Source of the DNA: Octopus sinensis
Lineage: Eukaryota
Reading direction: 5' to 3'
Assembly: GCF_006345805.1 (NCBI RefSeq)
Contig: NC_043015.1
Coordinates: 27,156,001 to 27,220,000 of the forward strand
DNA: 64,000 bases
Position 1 is the first letter of the stretch. Each line of letters starts with the position of its first letter. The notes beneath the pieces were generated by a model. It saw only the letters and a program-made list of their open reading frames with translations, made no database searches and had not been told where the DNA came from. Both the position numbers and the translations under genes were made by a program. Of the stretch, positions 55,426-64,000 are shown piece after piece.

Positions 55426-56711
55426 ACACATACACACACATACTCACAAAGTGAGGGAATGAGTGAGTGTTTCGTAACTTACTTCCAAAGACATCAAATG
55501 ATATATTTGTTATCCGAAAAGTCTTAATGGAGTGGAAGAAGTACTTTTACATGCTGTTTATGCATTATATGTGTGTGTATGTATGTGTGTGAGTGTGTGT
55601 GTATATATATATACATATGCATATATATATATATGTTTGTGTGTGTGTGTGTGTGTATACCTATTATATATATAGTATCACATAATATCGATTAATTATT
55701 AAACGCCACGTGACTTTATTGATGAAAAGGTTTTTGTTCTGCAAGAAAATATGTTTGAATAATTAAATATATAGGTTAATTACAAAACTATAATAATATA
55801 AACGGTAGCAGCTTATTGCATCAATCCATTGATCTTTATTATTGATCATCTTTTTGATGGAAAACCTTTGTATCCCCTATTTATATGCCAAAAATTTCTG
55901 GAGATTTTCTTCATATTTACCGGTGAAATAACTTCGAGCTCTTTACCTTCCGTGTTCAGATCCCACCGAAGTCAACTTTGCATTTCATCCCATAGAGATT
56001 GATAAAATTGCTGTTCCTCACCAGTATTTATCTGGTCAAATAGATTCCAGAACATTATCGAACGTGTCCTTTCCTAAAATGTTAGGGTGTGATTTAAGCG
56101 ATATTTAGCTGCTTTATCTAGCAGAGCCAATGACCATATAGAATCTCCCACGTTAGCTCTCGTCTGATTGGTTTTTTAAGCAGGTTCAACGATGATCTGG
56201 AAGCTTCCATATGACTGGAGGAAGAGAGGGGGTGGGAGAGAAAGAATGAAAGAAAGAAAGAAAGAAAGAAAGAAAGAGAAATCACTTTGACATTAGGTGT
56301 GTTTCCACATGTTGAGTTCGTTTCACGACATCATTCATTTATTTTATTTCAGTTTATTTCATTTTATTTCCATCTTGCCAGACTTCGCAAGTGTCATTCG
56401 TAAATTCAATTTCCTGTGTGAAGAGAATCAAAGTTGAAACATGCTCCATGATGTCTCTTTTATTTCTTTTTTTTTTTCTTTTTTTCATTTTTTTCATTTT
56501 TTTTTTCTTTTTAATCATTAAACGAATTATACACTCTTAAGCGAGGTGAATAATTTTTATAATCCGCCTCTGAACAATATGGAAACACTCACGCGCATGC
56601 ATACACGCTCTCTCTCTCTCTCACACACACACACACCACACACGCACACACACACACACACACACGCACACACATATATATATATATATATCTGTATACA
56701 TAGTACATACA

Positions 56712-56760
<49 letters not shown>

Positions 56761-56771
56761 TAGCATTATGA

Positions 56772-58191
56772 TATTCTCCATACGCCAACTTCAGGAGAAG
56801 TCCAGAGAGCTGAAAATGCCATTATATATGGCCTTCATTGATCTGACAAAGGCCTTTGACTCGATAAGTAGAAAAGGCCTCTTCATCCTGCTCCAAAAAA
56901 TCGGATGTCCACCAAAGCTGCTGAGGATCATCAAGTCTTTCCATGATGATATGCAAGGCACCATACAGCACAATGGTTCAACATCAGCCGCCTTCCAAAT
57001 AAAAAACGGGGTAAAGCAAGGTTGTGACCTCGCTCCTACATTATTTGGCATCTTCTTCTCGCTCTTGCTCTCACATGCCTTTCAGACATCAAATGATGGA
57101 GTGTTTCTGCACAGTAGAAGTGACGAGAAACTGTTCAACCTCTCGCGCCTGCGTGCCAAGACCAAAATCAGAAGCGTCCTGATCAAGGAGATGCTATTTG
57201 CTGATGATGCCGCTCTGGTATCACAAAGGCTCATCAACTGTTTTGAGCAAGCATGTAACGAATTTGGCTTAGCTATCAGCCTCAAGAAGACCAATATCAT
57301 GGGTCAGGCTACATCGAACATCCCAAACATACATATTGGAGACCTCAGATTACAGGAGGTGGAGAAGTTTACCTATCTTGGCTCTATCGTCACCTACAAC
57401 CTATCTCTTGATGCTGAGCTCAATATACGCATTTGCAAGGCAGCTGCTGCGATGGCCCAACTCTCCAAACGGGCATGGGACAACAATAAGCTGACCAAGA
57501 CCACGAAAATGAAGATCTACCAGGCATGTGTACTTAGCACTCTACTGTATGGAAGTGAGACTTGGACGCCATACACACGCCAAGAGCGTCGCCTAAACAT
57601 CTTTCACCTGCGCTGCCTCCGGAAAATCCTTCGCATCAAATGGCAGAATCATATCCCCAACAAAGATGTCCTCAAGCAAGCAGGAATACCAAGCATGTTT
57701 GCACTCCTTACACAAAGACGTATGAGATGGCTTGGGCATGTTAGCCGTATGAAATATAGGAGAATCCCCAAGGACATACTCTACGGAGAGCTTGCTAGGG
57801 GTACTAGGTCTGTGGGTAGACCGTTCTTACGTTACAAGAATGTTTGCAAAAGGGACATGAAGGCCTGCAACATCAATATTAGCAATTGGGAAGCAGTTGC
57901 CAGCAGCCGTGGAGATTGGCAACGTAACGTAAAAGAGGTAATACAAAGGACTGACAGAGAGAGGGAGGAGAAATGGAAAGGCAAGAAAAGACGTCAACAA
58001 GAAAGTATAACATTACAACCAGCCAGGCAAAGTCTTCGCTACATTTGCGGCACCTGCCAGAGGGAGTGTTTGTCCAGGATAGGACTACACAGCCACAGCA
58101 GGAAATGTATTAGGACATGAAATGTAAAAGCCGGACTAAACTATTCTATGCGCAACTCCATTGTCTCCCGAGACAAAAAGGATGCCAACCA
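56772..58191 (+). mobile_element. 5'-truncated RTE LINE (RT C-half to 3' end) with 21-bp TSD
   Basis: Open frame IFSIRQLQEK..FIDLTKAFD..GVKQGC.LAPTLF..LFADDAAL..LLYGSETW..C-terminal CxxC..SRIGL.SH ending at 58120; ATATATATACTAGCATTATGA at 56751-56771 and 58192-58212. Confidence 0.92.
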
Positions 58192-58200
58192 ATATATATA

Positions 58201-59738
58201 CTAGCATTATGACCCGGCGTTGCCGGGTCATAGTGCTAGTGCATGTATATATGTGTATATATATGTGTACATATTACATGTACATCTATATGTATATACA
58301 TCTACACATAAAATACAAAATACAAAGTTATATCTTGATATCGCTAGTGATAACGATACTCAAAATATATAACAGACTGGAATTGCAGGCCCGTCTCTTG
58401 CAATTTCGATCAATTGTATCTTTCCTCCCTCTTGTATAGAAGTGCGGCTACAATTCAGCCTACCTCTACTTCTGGGAGGACATTTTTAATTTTTATCCGG
58501 GACATCCTACGTCCCAGATATAAAGGTAAAAATAAAATATTTCCGCTTTGCAAGGTTCGAGTCGAGTACTCCCTTGCACGCTCCGTTGATTCAAACCTTG
58601 CTTCTATTGTGGCGAATTTACCGCCTCTGGTTAGATACTTGATATATTTCATAGTCGCACCAAGACACGTTTCGATGGTGCTTTCCTCCAGGTGTTCAAA
58701 TCTTTATAGACAATAGTCTTTTTTTAATTTAATTTTTTTATTTCGTTTCGTGATGTTATCCTAGATTCACCGTCTTTGTCGGTGATCAATCCGAAATAGG
58801 TTTGTATTTCTTCCATTTTAATGTTAATGAGTTCGCGCCCGCTGACGGCTGCAGTGAAATTCATTTTTGGACTTTCTTCTATCGAAGGCATTCTAACAAA
58901 AATGCTTCCGTATAAACGGTGAAAATATTGTCAATTTCCCCAAACAGGGGAATTTTTAAACAATAACCAACGCTCCATCTCCCAAGGAGGGAGGGTTACA
59001 GTTTACAATTATTTAACAAATGCAACACAACAACGTTTCCCTTACGAGGAACCGACAAACGTAATAACAATAGTTAAACAGTAATAATAATAACAACAAA
59101 CCTTACGGTGAATCAAAAAGCAGTACGCAGTTGAAGCTATAGTCCTTTATGTATAAGAAATAAACCAACAGCACTACTCTGTAGAAGCGGCTGTTCAAGA
59201 AAATAGGCATTACATACAGCCAAATTTCATATAGATACTTAATGCTAGCTAATTAGCGGATAATCTAATGTAAAAGCCGTGGTAAATTGTATGTGAACAG
59301 CTCCATCTGGACTATTCCATTTCTGCACACTAATTTTATTTTTGATTTATTCCCATTCATGTGAAACCACTTATTCAAGTTCAAGTCATTGATGCAATTT
59401 TATACCAATTGCTATTTTTACTTTTGTTATGCTACGATTATATTATACTTTAGTTTGATTTTAATTATTACTTACTACATATAATTCAATTATTATTATT
59501 ATCTCTAATTTTTATTGTTAAAGTGAAAGTATATGACATAAAATAGAGAAATGTTTTTGTCTCACTTTTAACACGTAATACTGAAATAGTGGAGAAGATA
59601 TGATATTGCTATGGGCTCGCCCAAGGCAAGAAGTTGAACATTTTTATGGCCATGAAACTACATGGACCCTAAGTAAGGCATGTGTAAAATTTGAATGAAA
59701 TTGGTCGTGTAGTTCTCAAGTTTTAGGGAAACACACAG

Positions 59739-59769
<31 letters not shown>

Positions 59770-59777
59770 TTCTCAGT

Positions 59778-59790
<13 letters not shown>
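58201..59790 (-). mobile_element. Non-autonomous Helitron N1, copy E
   Basis: CTAG at 58201 plus perfect hairpin TATGACCCGGCGTTGCCGGGTCATA; 5' end merges into (TA)n near 59780. Confidence 0.9.
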
Positions 59791-59841
<51 letters not shown>

Positions 59842-59898
59842 ATATACATGTATATACATATAAATTGATCAAAATAAAAACATGATGCCAAAGATTCA

Positions 59899-59976
59899 GC
59901 GGTACATATGTTTCGGGCCTTTATTAGACAGATTTATAACAATGCATAATGTATGTCTGTGGCCTTCTTCAGCCGC
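59899..59976 (-). ncRNA. Type-I hammerhead motif, P4 left arm
   Basis: Reverse complement of 61206-61283. Confidence 0.75.
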
Positions 59977-61205
59977 GCACAACAGCTTCCACAAGGACAT
60001 GTGTTACATCAAAAATTCTTGGTTGGGGATGCAAATCCTCTCATTCGCGTACGACATAATGCGGCAACAGCATAGAATTGAAGCGTCCATCTCTTTCTTC
60101 TCTCAATGTAGAATGAGGAAATTATATACCTATACGCGCGTATGTCTCTGTGTGTGTATGTAAGTGTATATGTGCACGCACATATGGACACACAGCCGTG
60201 TGTGCGTGCACGTGTAGACGTGAGTGCGTGATTCTTTACATGCGTTCTTATATACATCCTTTAATATCTTATATCTAAACCTGGACGTGTGGGCATCTGT
60301 GTATGTGTATGTAAGGATGGACGTACGTATGTATATATGGGTGTGTACACGTATAATGTCCGTGTATATATGCGCATATTCTGTTGTATGTATGTATATA
60401 TGCGCATGTGTGTGGGTGTATATGTGTTTATGTACATGTTTACACGTGAGTGCGTATGTATGCTTATATGCTTGGAGCTGTGTATGCGCGCGTATATCTG
60501 CGCGTGTATATGGGTGTATGTATCCATGCTGGTATGTATGTACAAGATGACCACTTAATTCAAAGAACTAGATTAACCGCTCAACAGCTCTGATTTACAA
60601 TACACTAGATCCCCAGACGCCCCTGTTGATTTATTGACACCCAAAGCTTCTACAACTAAATTTTGTCAAATTCCTGACCACCATGTTTGGTCCGTAACCT
60701 CTATACATCCCTTATCTTTATATTTTTTTTACATTTTTTTGCATTTTTATCATTTTTATTCCTATTTTTATTTTTTTACTTTTATTTCTATTTCTATTTT
60801 TACTTTATAACCTTATGCCTTTATATTCATTTATATTTTTTATATTCTTTATATCCCCTTTATATCTCCTTATATCTCTTTATATCTTTATACTCTACAT
60901 TTTTATATTTTTCTATACTTACACTTTTTATATATTTTTTATCCTTCGTCCTGAATTCTCGCCCCTCCATCTTTACCCCTATTTACTCTTATTACCAGGT
61001 TCCTTCACGTCTATATATGTATTTATTTATTAATTTATTTACATTACTTCAACATCCAAATTTCCTCATTCTACATTGAGAGAAGAAAGAGATGGACGCT
61101 TCAATTCTATGCTGTTGCCGCATTATGTCGTACGCGAATGAGAGGATTTGCATCCCCAACCAAGAATTTTTGATGTAACACATGTCCTTGTGGAAGCTGT
61201 TGTGC

Positions 61206-61283
61206 GCGGCTGAAGAAGGCCACAGACATACATTATGCATTGTTATAAATCTGTCTAATAAAGGCCCGAAACATATGTACCGC
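61206..61283 (+). ncRNA. Type-I hammerhead motif, canonical core, P4 right arm
   Basis: Stem I GCGG/CCGC; CTGAAGA 61210-61216; stem II GGCC/GGCC above a basal A.C; GAA; palindrome ACATATGT; GUA triplet ending 61279. Confidence 0.75.
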
Positions 61284-61388
61284 TGAATCCTTGGTATCAT
61301 GTTTTTATTTTGATCAATTTACTCCACCACCTACACCACCAAACGGTATACACAGGTGCTTATAATTATCAAGTACTCACCCCGAATG

Positions 61389-61421
<33 letters not shown>

Positions 61422-62072
61422 GCATATATATATATGCATATTTTTGTTAATATGTATGTATCTATCTATCTATCAATCTATAGATACATATGTATATGTG
61501 TGTGTTTGTATCATGTTCTGGTGTACCAGCCTGCCCCCTCCGGGTTTTATATAGAACCTTTTATAACTACGCGTGGACAGAGGCTAGAAATTGTAACAGT
61601 ATTCAATTCTTTAGGAGGTGCTTCGAGCACTACCGGTCTTGGGGATGAAACTTCGTATAGAATCAACAGAGTTGATGGTTCCTTTGGTGAATTTGGCGGA
61701 CGAGTCTAATCGCGCATGATGTGTCTCTCCAATCTGGAGTTGGGATTTGTTGCTATAGGGAGATGAGACATGGGTTGTTTGTCGTGGGCATTTAGGACAT
61801 TTGGAACGTTATCGTCGGTGTTGTCTTGAGAGAATTCTTGAGATAGGTTGGAGGGTAGCGATCGGTGATGTGGGGATGATTGGCAGAGGTGGTGGAGGTG
61901 TGGAGTCGATAGTTGTTTAGTGAGTGGGATTGACTCAGTGCACAGCCTTTCCTCACTTTAAAAAAATCTTCTTGCACAGGCATTGCACGATAACAACATT
62001 GATTAAGCTTCGTGCAATGGCCATACTCGATAACGAGGGGGCAGCCACCATGTATGTATGTATGTATGTATG

Positions 62073-62103
<31 letters not shown>

Positions 62104-62984
62104 GTATGTATGTATATTTATGTACAAGTAAAGAGGATGGCGGTTTCACGATGGTGTGAAACGCAAATAAACGAACAAGAGAACGCTTGTCAGTGCTGCT
62201 GTGTGAAGTGGAATAACGTGTCTGATGTATTTCAAACGGAGATGAGTTGAGTTGTTAGCGAAGATGCGAAAGGAATGAGAAACACTAACGAGTGACTCAT
62301 TCAGACTCAGTATCAAATATACATGCACACACACATACACACACATATACTTGTGTGTGTATGTATATATGTGTATATGTATATATGTACTATATATACA
62401 CACATATATACATGCATGTGCGTGTGTATGTGTCTGTCAGTCTCTCTCTTTCCCTCTGTGTATGCATGTTATGTATGTATCTTTCTGAATATAGATTGAT
62501 AGACAGATGTGTAGTAAAACAGACGGAGAGGCAGATCGAGACACACGGACAGACATAGCACAGAATGTTTTATTTTTCAGAGCTGAAATGATTATGTCAG
62601 AATGTAAAGTGGTGGTGTGAGAGGTCTAACAGAAGGAATTCTCTTCAATATGAAGAACATCTTTAAGACATTTTATTTAATTAATCAACGCCTTCCCTTC
62701 ATTCTCTTCCAGTTTCTCCCATCATAATTTCTTTATTAATCTTATTATGTCGAACAAGATGCTTTTTTTTCGATTTGCGTTGTGCTTTTTAATGGCATCC
62801 AATTTTAGTGTGTGTGTGTTTAAGTGTGCATGCTGTGTTGGCAGTAATGTATGGTATTACCTGATAGCCACGTGATGGGAACCTACTGGGATCATTGCGT
62901 TGCTTCACTGGCGTTGCTGCCCCACGATCGGGCAACGAATTTGGGCCTTTGTTGTACCATGCTAGTCCATTGCGTGTTGACATT

Positions 62985-63300
62985 GATCTGCAATCGATTG
63001 AATTGACACCAGTACTTGACCAGTATTTTTTTTACGACCTCATTAGGATTAAAGGCAAAGTTGATCACCTCTTAGTTTGAACTCAGAAAACGAAGACCGG
63101 GAACAAACACCACAAAGTTATTTTCCCGATACTCTAACCACTCTGCCACCATCGACGTGTTGCGTCGAACAATATGTTGTACGATGTTTAGTTACGGATC
63201 TCTATATTGTGAGTTCAAATTCTGCCCGAGGTCGATTTTGCTTTTCGTCCATTCCGAGTCAATAGAATAGAGTACCAGTCATATAATAGGGTCGATCTTG
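62985..63300. mobile_element. Two SINE family B copies, head to head
   Basis: Minus copy ~62985-63150 (AAAGGCAAAGTTGATC..TTTGAACTCAG); plus copy ~63160-63300 (GTGAGTTCAAATTCTGCCCGAGGTCGATTTTGC). Confidence 0.65.
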
Positions 63301-63489
63301 AAGGTGTGGCAGGGCCCGTGGCCATTGAAAACCCTCAAAAGACAGAAGGGAATATCGTAGTTAGTGCAAATGTTGAACATTTGTAAGTGGACGGCTAAAG
63401 GGAAAACTCCTGCCCACAGGGGGTGGGGATTGCAAGGAGCTGATGTACTGGGGAGGAGGGGGTAATATCAAATGTAGAGTGGGAAGGCA

Positions 63490-64000
63490 GAGAGGCAATG
63501 GTCAGCATGAGCAGGGTCTGGAAGAGTAGAGACATCAGACTTGCTACCAAATGTAGATTGGTGAATGCAATTGTCTTCCCAATAGCAACATATTGATGCG
63601 AGACCTGGACACTAAAGAAAGCTGACCAGAAGAGAATTAATGCATTCGAACTTTGGTGTTGGAGAAGACTTTTACGGATTCCATGGACAGCGAGGCTCAC
63701 CAATGGAGAAGTTCTCAAGCAGATTAGGCCGAAAATGTCGCTAGAAGCTAAGATCACCAAGCATAGATTGGCATGTTTCGGTCATATTATGCGGAAAAAT
63801 CCCTGGAGAAGGACATCATGCTCGGAATGGTCAGTGGCAAGAGAGGAAGAGGCCGACAAAGAACCCGCTGGCTTGACACCATCAAGAGTGATACCGGAAT
63901 GGACATAGCCAATCCGAAAGAAGCGGCCAAGGATAGAACTGACTGGAGGACACTGATCCAACGAGTAACCGAGAGTCGACTTCGACTGAGCGGATAGATG
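63490..64000 (+). mobile_element. RTE (BovB-like) LINE 3' fragment, second family
   Basis: WKSRDI...TK.RLV.AIVFPIATY*CETWTLKKAD..RINAFELWCWRRLLRIPWTAR...LEKDIMLG...GKRGRGRQRTRWLD. Confidence 0.85.

Larger units (their letters stand above)
59861..61321. repeat. P4: 263-bp inverted arms around a 935-bp low-complexity spacer
   Basis: 59861-60123 is the reverse complement of 61059-61321; two substitutions noticed. Confidence 0.95.

Noticed and set aside
56546-56771. N-terminal 75 aa of the 524-aa ORF
   Set aside because: Microsatellite read-through upstream of the TSD; the RTE homology starts at 56772, so this is not an intact gene

Overview
AT-rich, microsatellite-saturated animal DNA. The SINE types resemble those I recall from octopus or other coleoid cephalopods (inference, not a database match). 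No host gene can be called with confidence. The window is mostly mobile DNA: a near-complete but disrupted 7.1-kb Helitron (24365-31461); four long copies and one fragment of a related non-autonomous Helitron; CR1/L2-type and RTE LINE pieces; a decayed Penelope-like (PLE) RT; hAT and mariner remnants; MITE-like foldbacks; and several SINE families. The main finding is four apparently unrelated head-to-head inverted-repeat elements (8479-9734, 10108-10524, the tandem pair 37722-41513, and 59861-61321). All share one layout: TA-rich microsatellite, arm, spacer, inverted arm, with one arm carrying a short extra tail. Each arm carries a minimal type-I hammerhead ribozyme motif with a palindromic stem III near its outer end, pointing outward. 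Their cores show three different Watson-Crick pairs at hammerhead positions 3:8 (C:G, G:C, U:A). The tandem 1.9-kb copy places two same-sense hammerheads on each strand, the geometry needed to release a rod-like, possibly circular RNA in both polarities. All folds were read by eye; ribozyme activity is untested.
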